From positions 32,001 to 96,000 of the forward strand of contig CAWJQU010000015.1 in the NCBI GenBank assembly GCA_963845145.1: a stretch of 64,000 nt of DNA. Reading direction: 5' to 3'. Both the position numbers and the translations under genes were made by a program. The notes under the pieces were generated by a model that was not told where the DNA came from, did not search any database, and worked only from the letters and a program-made list of their open reading frames with translations. This document shows, in pieces, positions 21,553 to 31,153 of this stretch (position 1 is its first letter; each line of letters begins with the position of its first letter). The stretch comes from an uncultured delta proteobacterium (GTDB taxonomy: Bacteria; Desulfobacterota; Desulfobacteria; Desulfobacterales; QNYZ01).

Positions 21553-22254
21553 TTACTCATTCACTCTAAAAAACGGTTTCGGAATCGTCTCGCACAACTT
21601 AATGACCGAGCGGTAGATACAATCCCGGATGGCCAATTCCACCGGTGTATTCTTAACGGCTTCCAGGCTGACCGGTATATCATAGCCACTAATCGTCGCC
21701 CCTACCGAGGCACCGCCCGAGTGTGCCGTCCCATCGATAAAATGGGTGGCCACCACCTCGCCGCTGGCCGAATCAACCACGCGCAGGTTGATGGTTATTT
21801 TGGCCATGTGGTGCTTCCCTCCGACTTTCATCGGCACCCATGGCAATTTTACGCGCAGTCCACCGCCCCCGGCCTCGGCCGCGACAATTGCCCCGTAAAT
21901 CAATAGCTCCGCCGGCCGCATTTCTCCCTGGGCCAAAATGGCATCCGGGTTCGACATAAATGAATCCGAAAGAAGTTGTTCGGCGGTCAACCCTTTCATG
22001 TCCATGCGATCCACGACAATAAAGTAGTTGGATTCAAACAGGGCCGTCATCAGCATCTCGCGAAGGCCATCACCTAAATCCTTGGGTGCGCCTTTTAATC
22101 GTACGCCGAAATCTCCCACCGCAAGGATGCATTTCGCCCCCTGATATGCTTGACCCATCGGAATTTCCGAGGCTTCTATAAAACACGTGGATATGAATAA
22201 ACAAAGTATCGTTGTCCAAGTGCTTTTAAACCATCTTTCAAATGTCCATGCCAT
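21553..22254 (-). CDS. CsgG/HfaB-family protein
   Basis: GDGLREMLMTALFESNYFIVVDR, LIYGAI and INLRVVDSASGEVVA, typical of the CsgG fold. Paralog of 29858-30634. Alternative start at 22317. Confidence 0.85.
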   Translation of the reverse strand: MAWTFERWFKSTWTTILCLFISTCFIEASEIPMGQAYQGAKCILAVGDFGVRLKGAPKDLGDGLREMLMTALFESNYFIVVDRMDMKGLTAEQLLSDSFMSNPDAILAQGEMRPAELLIYGAIVAAEAGGGGLRVKLPWVPMKVGGKHHMAKITINLRVVDSASGEVVATHFIDGTAHSGGASVGATISGYDIPVSLEAVKNTPVELAIRDCIYRSVIKLCETIPKPFFRVNE

Positions 22255-22316
22255 AAAAAATACCCTGCGCTCACCTGTCAGTTTGAAAAACGTCCCGCAT
22301 GTCGTCAACATGGACA

Positions 22317-23195
22317 TTACGGTGAATAAGTAATATTCATATTCGTCTTCTGATTTTTTTTAAGTTCATATTTTTGCGTGCTTTTTCCTTTAACCACACT
22401 GGTAAACGTGACCGTTGCCGTATTGGGGGGTATTTTCCCTTCATTCAAGGCCCTGAACCCAAATACAATAATATCCGCATTCATGGTGATCGATCGGGAT
22501 TGGGGCGCTTTGGTCAAGGTGATCCCCGAGAACACCGCTTTTCCGTTAATCAGAATGTCGATCATATCCCCGTCTTGCCGGCCGTGATCAAAAAAGGTGA
22601 CCGTTATGGTTTTGGAATTAACGGTGATGTCGTCCATCCCCTTTTCCTCCACCACCGTGACCATGGCCGTCGCACTTACATCCTGATAGGTGGCTTTGAC
22701 CGTGTATTGCCCGATCGTTCCTTTGCTGAAAGGATTCCCCGGACTCCAAACAGCTTCAGCGGTGACATCCTTGGTCGTACCGTCGTCCATTTGTAAAGTA
22801 GCCTTAAACGTGACCGCTTCATTGAGCTTGACGGCCTTGTTGGCCGGGCTGATAATCAGGCCCTTTGGTTTTGTATCCGATGTATCGGCACAATGACCGT
22901 CCTTGCACACTTGCCCTTTAGGACAATCCGAATCGCTTTGACAATCATCATCCTTATTCACACACTTACCGTCTTCACACGTCTGACCAGCCGGACACGG
23001 CTTGCGGTCATTGCATTCGGTGCCGACAAACGTTTGTGTATCGTCGATACTTTCATCCAGATCATCGGAAGTAAAACCGTCCCGAGAGGTATTGGCCCCC
23101 TGATCCGTGATGGTCTGCTGGGCATTGTCCTGCTGGCGTTCGCCTTCCCTTTGGGTTAGCAGGTCCGTGCTATCATCGTGGGCATCATCGAAGGG
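22317..23195. repeat. Copy 1 of 879-bp near-identical direct repeat (3' end of gene 22317-25727)
   Basis: Aligns ungapped with 25744-26622 at offset 3427. I count 10 aa differences over ~292 aa. Confidence 0.95.
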
Positions 23196-25727
23196 TGATT
23201 TGCACTGCCCGGATACGCAAACATATCCTCGTTCACAATCGCTGTCGTCCGCGCATCCGCCATCCGTTCGTTTTTGATCGCAAAGATCGCCGATACCGTT
23301 ATTGTTGCTGTCATGCTGATCGGGATTGGGTTTGTCCGGGCAATTATCCTGATCATCCGGTACGCCGTCCCCGTCGCGATCTTTTTTCTGTTCGCAGGCA
23401 TCGCCAAGCCCGTTGTTATCATTGTCCGCCTGGTCCGCATTCGCTGTGTCAGAACAATTATCGTTACAATCCGGTATGCCATCTCCATCTTTGTCTGTAT
23501 CGGACGTTCCGCAGCCACACTCGCCCGGCTCGACCTTATCGGCATCATCGGGGCAATTATCATTACAATCCGGCGTCCCGTCGCCATCCTTGTCTGTTTC
23601 CGGGGTGCCGCAGCCGCAGTCCCCCGGTTCGGTTTTATCCGCGTCATCGGGGCAATTATCCTTACAATCCGGGGTACTATCGCCGTCCTTGTCCGTTTCG
23701 GGAGTTCCGCAACCACATTCGCCCGGTTCAGACTTATTCGGGTCATCCTTGCATTTGTCTTTGCTATCGTTTACGCCATCACCATCCGAATCCTTTTGAG
23801 AATCGGCACATCCAACCGCGTCCACTTTTAACCCGGATGGCGTTCCCGGACATTTATCCCTACTGTCTTTTACACCGTCTTTATCGCTGTCTTTTTGGGT
23901 CTTGCCGCATCCGGTAGCATCGACCGGCACCCCTTTCGGTGTTCCCGGGCACTTGTCATTGTCATCGACAACCCCATCGCCATCTTTGTCACTGCTATTT
24001 CCTGTTTTTCGACACCCATAGGCATCGTCAAAATAGGTGCTCAGTTGTGCCATTCGGGCGCCGCCTTCACCCCAGGTCATGTTGGCGCCCACCAGCTCAT
24101 ACTGGGGTTTGTTGTAACGGGGCGAATCGCATTTGGCTTTTACGAAGTGAAAGCAGGGCGGTGGGTCACCGAACATTTTATAGCGCCAAACACAAAAATC
24201 ACCACCGGATCCGGAAGCCACATTGGCCGGCGGCCGTATACCGGGTCCGCCACTAGGAAGTTCTCCCTTGGCCAGTACGGATACGTTGATGACGATAGTG
24301 ACCGACCCGGTACCCTTTTGACTGACAGTCATTGTGACCGGCGTGATACCTTTGGGGGCTGTGCTTTTGGCCCGAAAGCTTTCTGAAAAGATATACCGAT
24401 CATAAAAATCCGTAACACCCGGGGTGAACATCAAGCTGGGCGGCGCCGATGTATCGCCCGGAAAAATCTCGATGCCGCTTCTTTTGGCATACTCAACCTT
24501 TACCTTGACGCGATTGCCATTGTCTTTCCAACCCTTGACAATCAGACCACACCCGCGACCCACAAAATCCCCGGGAGCCAATTCAAACGAATTACCGCAA
24601 TCGAATTGCACACTAAAAGGGCTCTCCTGAGCCGTTGGCGGAGGCGGAGGTGGTTTGACTTCAGGCCCTTTTTCAGGGGCTGTATTTCCCGGCTTGGTTG
24701 GTTTTGGGGGTGATTTTGTTGGCGGCGTAATTGTCGGTGGTGGTTGTGGCGGTTTCGGTCCAGGTGATCTCTTTTTGATTTTCACGGTCGCATGACCGCT
24801 CCATAGACGGCCTCCTTGATCGGCGGGTGCCTGATACGTAGCGCGAACGGTCACGGTGGTTCCCGCGGTGTGGTCTTTACCTCTAACGATGCCGCCGGGA
24901 GCACCTGTCCATGTCGAACGAACATTATATTGATCCGTGGAGCCATCTTCAAACCGGACTTTGGCTTTACAAATGGCCGACTCATCGGTAAAAATTTCAG
25001 ACGGATCGCACTCTACCCAATACTTAACGATCTTTCTTCGCTGCTTTTTAAGCTTCAGTTGTTTAAGCTCAGCAGCGACTCTCTTTTCATCACCCAGAAT
25101 GGAAAGTTGATTTTGTCGCTTTTGTTTCATCTCGGCGTTGTTCTTGATCATATCGCTGAGTATCTGTTTGACAGCGGGAACCGTTATAAAACCAGTCGTT
25201 GTAAAATGGCCAGGCAACCCGTATAAACCCGGACCGAGATGTAAATTGCCGTCCACATCCAACCTGAAAAAGGGGGCCAGATCGGCGTTATAACCACTTA
25301 TAATAGCCTCTCGAAGTTTTTTTGGGGTGAGTTTGACAAGTTCTATTTTGTCTTCAACTTTTGATAATCTTTTTCTTGCATCCTGAAGTTTATTATCCAA
25401 TTGCGTTTCAAAAGCGATGTCGGCCTGAATGATATCCTCAGGCGGGCGGGTATCACCGGGATGCTCTTGAGACAGGTCGGCACGTACACCATCGGCCTGG
25501 GCTTTGACCTTTGTAATCTCTAACTCTTTGGCTTTAATTTCGGTATCGATATCTGCCGCATGAAGTGCGGTAACATTGTAGTACGATACCCAACCTACTA
25601 GGAGGATCAGTAAAAATCGCAAAGCCAATTCTGCGATCTGCGGTAAGGTTAAAAGCCTGCGACATTGTGGTTTAGTAAAAAGATCATTACGACCAACTCT
25701 TGCGTGGTTCTTTTTTTGGTTTATCAT
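22317..25727 (-). CDS. Large secreted Cys-rich protein: coiled coil, Ig-like domains, Pro-rich linker, thrombospondin type-3 Ca-binding repeats, Cys-knot-like repeats, shared C-terminal module
   Basis: Hydrophobic signal region, many DxDGDGxxDxxDxCP units and CxxDxDCxxGxVC repeats. Confidence 0.88.
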   Translation of the reverse strand: MINQKKNHARVGRNDLFTKPQCRRLLTLPQIAELALRFLLILLVGWVSYYNVTALHAADIDTEIKAKELEITKVKAQADGVRADLSQEHPGDTRPPEDIIQADIAFETQLDNKLQDARKRLSKVEDKIELVKLTPKKLREAIISGYNADLAPFFRLDVDGNLHLGPGLYGLPGHFTTTGFITVPAVKQILSDMIKNNAEMKQKRQNQLSILGDEKRVAAELKQLKLKKQRRKIVKYWVECDPSEIFTDESAICKAKVRFEDGSTDQYNVRSTWTGAPGGIVRGKDHTAGTTVTVRATYQAPADQGGRLWSGHATVKIKKRSPGPKPPQPPPTITPPTKSPPKPTKPGNTAPEKGPEVKPPPPPPTAQESPFSVQFDCGNSFELAPGDFVGRGCGLIVKGWKDNGNRVKVKVEYAKRSGIEIFPGDTSAPPSLMFTPGVTDFYDRYIFSESFRAKSTAPKGITPVTMTVSQKGTGSVTIVINVSVLAKGELPSGGPGIRPPANVASGSGGDFCVWRYKMFGDPPPCFHFVKAKCDSPRYNKPQYELVGANMTWGEGGARMAQLSTYFDDAYGCRKTGNSSDKDGDGVVDDNDKCPGTPKGVPVDATGCGKTQKDSDKDGVKDSRDKCPGTPSGLKVDAVGCADSQKDSDGDGVNDSKDKCKDDPNKSEPGECGCGTPETDKDGDSTPDCKDNCPDDADKTEPGDCGCGTPETDKDGDGTPDCNDNCPDDADKVEPGECGCGTSDTDKDGDGIPDCNDNCSDTANADQADNDNNGLGDACEQKKDRDGDGVPDDQDNCPDKPNPDQHDSNNNGIGDLCDQKRTDGGCADDSDCERGYVCVSGQCKSPFDDAHDDSTDLLTQREGERQQDNAQQTITDQGANTSRDGFTSDDLDESIDDTQTFVGTECNDRKPCPAGQTCEDGKCVNKDDDCQSDSDCPKGQVCKDGHCADTSDTKPKGLIISPANKAVKLNEAVTFKATLQMDDGTTKDVTAEAVWSPGNPFSKGTIGQYTVKATYQDVSATAMVTVVEEKGMDDITVNSKTITVTFFDHGRQDGDMIDILINGKAVFSGITLTKAPQSRSITMNADIIVFGFRALNEGKIPPNTATVTFTSVVKGKSTQKYELKKNQKTNMNITYSP
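23455..23750. repeat. About 3 copies of a 99-bp (33-aa) tandem repeat DKDGDxxPDCxDNCPDDADKxEPGxCGCGTxxT
   Basis: Period-99 repeat is visible in both DNA and protein. Confidence 0.8.
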
Positions 25728-25743
25728 TTTGTCCCCTTTATCA

Positions 25744-26622
25744 TCACGGAGAGTAAGATATATTCATATTGGTCTTCTGATTTTTTTTAAGTTCATATTT
25801 TTGCGTGCTTTTTCCTTTAACCACACTGGTAAACGTGACCGTTGCCGTATTGGGGGGTATTTTCCCTTCATTCAATGCCCTGAACCCAAATACAATGATA
25901 TCCGCATTCATGGTGATCGATCGGGATTGGGGCGCTTTGGTCAAGGTGATCCCCGAGAACACCACTTTTCCGTTAATCAGAATGTCGATCATATCCCCGT
26001 CTTGCCGGCCGTGATCAAAAAAGGTGACCGTTATGGTTTTGGAATTAACGGTGATGTCGTCCATCCCCTTTTCCTCCACCACCGTGACCATGGCCGTCGC
26101 ACTTACATCCTGATAGGTGGCCTGGACCGTGTATTGCCCGATCGTTCCTTTACTGAAAGGATTGTTCGGACTCCAAACAGCTTCAGCGGTGACATCCTTG
26201 GTCGTACCGTCGTCCATTTGTAAAGTAGCCTTAAACGTGACCGCTTCATTGAGCTTGACGGCCTTGTTGGCCGGGCTGATAATCAGGCCCTTTGGTTTTG
26301 TATCCGATTTATCGGCACAATGACCGTCCTTGCACACTTGCCCTTTAGGACAATCCGAATCGCTTTGACAATCATCATCCTTATTCACACACTTACCGTC
26401 TTCACACGTCTGACCAGCCGGACACGGCTTGCGGTCATTGCATTCGGTGCCGACAAACGTTTGTGTATCGTCGATACTTTCATCCAGATCATCGGAAGTA
26501 AAACCGTCCCGACCGGTATTGGCCCCCTGATCCGTAGTGGTCTGCTGGGCATTGTCCTGGTTACGTTCACCTTCCCTTTGGGTCAGCAAGTCGGTTGTAT
26601 CATCATGGTCATCATCGAAGGG
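25744..26622. repeat. Copy 2 of 879-bp near-identical direct repeat
   Basis: See copy 1. Confidence 0.95.
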
Positions 26623-29600
26623 ATCCGTGCAACGTCCGGTTTTCGGGTTGCAGACGTACCCTTTGGGACAATCCGGATCCGTCTCGCATCCTGTTTTTTT
26701 ACAGATACCATTGATGCGGTTGTACCCGGTTGCACAAACACATTTACCGCTTTTGTCTCGTTTTTCATTGGCTTCGCAGGGTGTTTCCAACGCCTTGCAT
26801 TTCCGGACCGCTTGCTGCGCGCAGCGGCCGGCGTTCTCCGCATCGGCTTTGGCCGCGGGGCCAAAAATTTCACCCATATCGCTGTTGGTTCTCAATTCAT
26901 TTAAATCTCCGCCTAAGTCGGCATTCCGACACTTGCTTAGGTTTTCCACTGCGGCGGTCAGTGCTGTAATTTTGACTTTTGCGTCATTAACGGCCGCCTT
27001 GACCTTGTCACCGGCGATTTTGGCCTGGGTCGCCGCTTCTCCGGCCAACTGATTACGCCGGGCGGCAATCTCATTCACGTTTGCCGCCTCGCCACTGATT
27101 TGATTTGCCTCGGCGGTTAGAGCCGGGTCGACTCCGGTTAGAAGTCCACGGATTTGGCCCACAAGTCCGAATACTTTTTGAGCGGCTGTATTGGCATCGG
27201 TGGCGGCCGTTTGGGCCTGTTCGACTTCTTGGCCTAGGCCATTCAAATCAATATCTGCCAATTTGGCGTTGGCCGCGGTAATCTGATCTTTGAGCGCCTG
27301 AATGGCCCCCGGAATCTTGCGCAGTAATTCGTCAAAAGAATTCAATGCGCTTTTTGATTTCAAAGAATCGTAAAGCGATTTCATTTTCCCTGCGGCTTCG
27401 GCGGCCATTTGCGCGGCTTCGAGAGCGCTGGATGCCTGAGCTTGAGCCTCGGCGGCTTTTTCCTCGCACTGCTTTTTATCTATGGCGCCACCCGCCGCTT
27501 TGGCGCCCTCACATGCACTTTTACGGGCGTTGGCGGCACCTTCGTAGCCTTTTTTCAGTTTGGCCATGTGGCCCGCCGAAGCCGCTGTCGCGGCCTGGAT
27601 TTCACTTTCCAGCTGTTTACCTTGCGCCTGGGCTTGGGCGCAGGCGGTCAGCAGTTCATCGGAATTTACGGCAGAAGTAGATACGCTGTCTAAAGCCCCG
27701 GAAGCCGCCGCCAACATACCGGCCAGCCTGTTTTTAGCGTTATCGGCAACCACAAATTTGTCGATGACGACGCCACCACGCTCGCGCGCTTTGTCCAATA
27801 ACCGCCGGGCTTCATCCAGGGCAGCGGAATCAAGGGTATCGTCCTCTTCACCGGTGCAGGTTTTGGCTTTTCGTTTTAGTTTTTCAAAGGCATTACGATA
27901 GCGTCTGTCTTTTTCATCCATCTTTTGCAAACGCTCTTTGTATTCGGACAGATCCAGATCCTGTAATTTGCGACAATCCCCCAGAGCCTTATTAAGATTT
28001 TGCTTGTGGATCTCCAAACGATCCTTTACCCCGTCAAATCCCAATAGACTATCGGCCAACTTTTTTAAACCCGCCTCCACTTTAGCTTTCTGAGCGTCAA
28101 AATCCTTTTTAGCTGCGTCGGCATCTCCCAAAATGGTGTAGCGAATGCTATTTTTTTTGCCTTTGAAACGGTTGAAGATGGGATTGTTGATGGTTTTGCG
28201 AATATCGGCATGCAACTGTTTTACTTTTTCAGCGGGCGTATCCACGTTTTGCTGGGCGGCTTTTAGCAAATCGTTCCACCTGTCAATTTGATTCAAGCTG
28301 GAATCAACCGACGTCTGCTTATCCAGCAGGGATTTAACCTCAGTTTTCAACTTTTCCAACTGCTTCAGGTTTGACAGGGCCTTGGTTTTATGGGTGGGAA
28401 TTTGCCTGCTTTTGGAATCTGCGTAACCAAGCCTCTTTTTGAAGGCGATCATTCCTTTCTTTACGAGGGTTTTATCATCTTGATTATCACAAATTTTTTG
28501 GACAATCTCTTTTGCTTTTAACCCCAGATCGCGAATCTGTTTAAGCAGGGTATCGATTGCTTCCAGTTGGGCTTCAATCGTTGTCTCCCAACCGTCGATC
28601 TGGTTGCATTTTTCAAGGCCGGATCCTTTGATCCCTTTTTCAAAATCAGTCAACTCCTCATCAATGGCGCGTTTTTTCTCCTCCATCTTCTCCGAATCGA
28701 AAACATGCTTATTTTTTTTCCAGAAGCCTTCTAGCTTCTCTGTCTCCGCTTTGATGGCGTCGATTTTATCTCGCGCGCTTTTTAAGCTCGTGATCAGCTC
28801 TTTTAACTCTTTGTGATTTTTTGCGGCCTCTAAAAATATCTGAAGCAGCTCCTGTTTCAGTTTTTTGTCATACTCTTCCTGTTGTTTTCGAAGTTTCTCA
28901 CCCAAATCGGCAACTATTTTATTGGCCTCGGCCTCTCTTTGATGTTTTAGAGTGGCCGGGGTAATATTCCGGCTGCGGGCATATTGAATTTCTAAATATT
29001 CGAGTGCCTTGTTCTGATCACCGTGAAATGGATACCGCGCAAAGGCCGTTTGCAAGCTATTATCCATGATCGTATTCATGGCCTGCTCAGGTGTCATTCC
29101 TTGTTGACGCAGGCGATTAAACTGATTGCGGCGATCTTCGGTCAGATAGTCTTTGCTCCACTTTTGAAACCATTCGATCCCGGCCATCTCAAGTTCAACG
29201 GCTTTAAGAAATAGATTACCTGCTCCTGCTCCCACCGTCGGTTTCAATACCCAATCAATGCTGCCTGAAATGATGTCCTTGGAGAGCTGCTTTAAATTTT
29301 CCTGACCTTTCGTTTTCACCATGGATGTCAGCTGACTGCTGGCCTGATCAAACTTTCCGTTTAGTGCGGAAATCGCGATCTGTTTTGCCTGGGCCGAATC
29401 CCACGGCACATATTTTCCAATAATGGCCGCCGGACTATTGGGTTGAATCAATTCGCTGAGCTTCTCATCGATTTTTTCTTTAAATTTGTCATGGAGGTAA
29501 TTAGCCGCCGATGACCCGGCGATATTAAACGCTTGATCAAAGTCACCCCCAGCGGCACTGCCGAGAAAATCCCCGATTTTTTCCGGGTTGACCCCACTTA

Positions 29601-29796
29601 ATTTATCGGCCAGTCCTCCATGGCCCCTTTCTTTTAACTTTTGGATGAGATCTGTCTTCACCTGATCCAGTGTATCTTTCATCAACTCGTCGTCTGATTT
29701 AAACAGGTCATCCGAAGCCGTTGTACTGACAGGAATCATTAATAAAAAGATCAAAAGCAACATGCCGATACTTGCACTAATGGCAAAAGACTTCAT
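25744..29796 (-). CDS. Large secreted alpha-helical/coiled-coil protein with EGF-like/Cys-knot repeats and the shared C-terminal module
   Basis: Signal peptide MKSFAISASIGMLLLIFLLMIPVSTTA at ATG 29796. About 1000 aa of Lys/Ala/Glu-rich helical sequence with scattered Cys. Confidence 0.88.
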   Translation of the reverse strand: MKSFAISASIGMLLLIFLLMIPVSTTASDDLFKSDDELMKDTLDQVKTDLIQKLKERGHGGLADKLSGVNPEKIGDFLGSAAGGDFDQAFNIAGSSAANYLHDKFKEKIDEKLSELIQPNSPAAIIGKYVPWDSAQAKQIAISALNGKFDQASSQLTSMVKTKGQENLKQLSKDIISGSIDWVLKPTVGAGAGNLFLKAVELEMAGIEWFQKWSKDYLTEDRRNQFNRLRQQGMTPEQAMNTIMDNSLQTAFARYPFHGDQNKALEYLEIQYARSRNITPATLKHQREAEANKIVADLGEKLRKQQEEYDKKLKQELLQIFLEAAKNHKELKELITSLKSARDKIDAIKAETEKLEGFWKKNKHVFDSEKMEEKKRAIDEELTDFEKGIKGSGLEKCNQIDGWETTIEAQLEAIDTLLKQIRDLGLKAKEIVQKICDNQDDKTLVKKGMIAFKKRLGYADSKSRQIPTHKTKALSNLKQLEKLKTEVKSLLDKQTSVDSSLNQIDRWNDLLKAAQQNVDTPAEKVKQLHADIRKTINNPIFNRFKGKKNSIRYTILGDADAAKKDFDAQKAKVEAGLKKLADSLLGFDGVKDRLEIHKQNLNKALGDCRKLQDLDLSEYKERLQKMDEKDRRYRNAFEKLKRKAKTCTGEEDDTLDSAALDEARRLLDKARERGGVVIDKFVVADNAKNRLAGMLAAASGALDSVSTSAVNSDELLTACAQAQAQGKQLESEIQAATAASAGHMAKLKKGYEGAANARKSACEGAKAAGGAIDKKQCEEKAAEAQAQASSALEAAQMAAEAAGKMKSLYDSLKSKSALNSFDELLRKIPGAIQALKDQITAANAKLADIDLNGLGQEVEQAQTAATDANTAAQKVFGLVGQIRGLLTGVDPALTAEANQISGEAANVNEIAARRNQLAGEAATQAKIAGDKVKAAVNDAKVKITALTAAVENLSKCRNADLGGDLNELRTNSDMGEIFGPAAKADAENAGRCAQQAVRKCKALETPCEANEKRDKSGKCVCATGYNRINGICKKTGCETDPDCPKGYVCNPKTGRCTDPFDDDHDDTTDLLTQREGERNQDNAQQTTTDQGANTGRDGFTSDDLDESIDDTQTFVGTECNDRKPCPAGQTCEDGKCVNKDDDCQSDSDCPKGQVCKDGHCADKSDTKPKGLIISPANKAVKLNEAVTFKATLQMDDGTTKDVTAEAVWSPNNPFSKGTIGQYTVQATYQDVSATAMVTVVEEKGMDDITVNSKTITVTFFDHGRQDGDMIDILINGKVVFSGITLTKAPQSRSITMNADIIVFGFRALNEGKIPPNTATVTFTSVVKGKSTQKYELKKNQKTNMNISYSP

Positions 29797-29857
29797 GTCA
29801 TTAATCCTGTTCTCAAATCCTGACTTGATGATTTCCCCAAACATAACGGTTCCGATG

Positions 29858-30634
29858 TTAGTGCCTGAAATATTGCAGCGGCACAGACTGAGTGGCATAG
29901 ATCACAGAGCGATAGATGCAATCTCGAATGGCCAATTCCATGGGCGTATTTTTGAAAGCACCTAGAGTGGCCGGCGTTCGCAACCGGTGCTTTTTTCCAT
30001 GTGACGAGACCCGGCCTTCAAAATCAACGCCAAAAGTCGCCATGTAAGATGCTGCCGATCCTGCGATTCGCCGGGCCGCTACCAATCGGCCTGAAGCCAC
30101 ATCCACCACGCGAATATCAATGGCCATATGGGCCTTTTTACCCTTCAGCGCGCCGCTCCCCGCTTTGATTTGAGAACTGTCCCAGGTGGTCGGCACTTCC
30201 GCCTTCAAGCCGGCACCTGCGGCCTCGGCCTCAAATTCCGTAACGGTCCCATACATCATCAATTCGGCCACTTCCATTTGCGCGCCCAGCTTGGGCGATC
30301 CCGCCGCTGCCATTTTGGAATAACTGAGTTTTTGTTCGGCGGTCAGTCCTTTGGGGTCCATTCGATCCAACACATTAAACCGCAATGATTCAAACAAGGC
30401 GGTGGCCAGCATTTCCCGCAACCCGTCACCAATATACTGGGTGCCACCGCGGGCCTTAACCCGGAAATCCCCCACGGCAATATTGGCCCGCGGGCCTTGA
30501 TAGTTCATATCCAATTGACGGGGAGGTTCTTTTTCGGGAGTAAAAGTCGTGACATAATGGCTGGTGCATCCGGCCGTCATTAATAAATAAAAGGCACTAA
30601 ACGTCACTACCAACATTGTGTTTTTTTTCATCAT
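29858..30634 (-). CDS. CsgG/HfaB-family lipoprotein
   Basis: Lipobox LMTAG-C, IAVGDF, GDGLREMLATALFESLRFNVLDR, YGTVTEFE and IDIRVVDVASGRLV. Confidence 0.9.
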   Translation of the reverse strand: MMKKNTMLVVTFSAFYLLMTAGCTSHYVTTFTPEKEPPRQLDMNYQGPRANIAVGDFRVKARGGTQYIGDGLREMLATALFESLRFNVLDRMDPKGLTAEQKLSYSKMAAAGSPKLGAQMEVAELMMYGTVTEFEAEAAGAGLKAEVPTTWDSSQIKAGSGALKGKKAHMAIDIRVVDVASGRLVAARRIAGSAASYMATFGVDFEGRVSSHGKKHRLRTPATLGAFKNTPMELAIRDCIYRSVIYATQSVPLQYFRH

Positions 30635-30667
30635 GCAACCCCTCTCATCTGTTTAAAGCATATACTT

Positions 30668-31153
30668 TCAATCTCGATTACGCTTTTCGCGGCCAGAATT
30701 TCGATTCGGATAACGATTTTGATATGGATACATCGGCGAATACCACGGACCATAAGACCACGGCAGCGGATGATACATGTACGGATACGGTGGTGGATAT
30801 GGATACGGCATTACATACCCCGGTGGCGGTGGTGGTGGCGAATTGTTATCCGGATCTTCCAGCCAACGCTGGGTCTGTTCAAGTTCGTACCACAATCGAT
30901 AAGCGGAGTACCGTCTTTGGCGCGTGGAAGACCAATAATCCCAATAGCGACGAAGGGCTTCGGCCATCTCACGGTCCCTTTCCTTTTCCGACCACAGCCG
31001 CAGCGCATCCCGACCCGCTTCATCCGGATAGGCCTTTTCTTTTCCATCGAATGGAAAAACCGGCTTTGAAATGATAGCCGAACCCAATATAATCAAAAGT
31101 GAAAAAATGAGGACCCCAACAGCGAACCGATTCTTCTTCTCACGGGCGAACAT
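30668..31153 (-). CDS. Small membrane-anchored or secreted Pro/Tyr/Trp-rich protein
   Basis: AAGGAG RBS before ATG 31153, N-terminal TM and PPPPPPGYVMPYPYPPPYPY tail. Confidence 0.7.
   Translation of the reverse strand: MFAREKKNRFAVGVLIFSLLIILGSAIISKPVFPFDGKEKAYPDEAGRDALRLWSEKERDREMAEALRRYWDYWSSTRQRRYSAYRLWYELEQTQRWLEDPDNNSPPPPPPGYVMPYPYPPPYPYMYHPLPWSYGPWYSPMYPYQNRYPNRNSGREKRNRD

Noticed and set aside
23455..23750. Periodic repeats as a CRISPR array
   Set aside because: They are degenerate, in-frame 99-bp coding repeats with no unique spacers and no cas genes.
22317..26622. 879-bp repeat as a diversity-generating retroelement TR/VR pair or IS copies
   Set aside because: No reverse transcriptase or transposase is in the window. 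Both copies are coding 3' ends, and the differences I saw are not adenine-specific.
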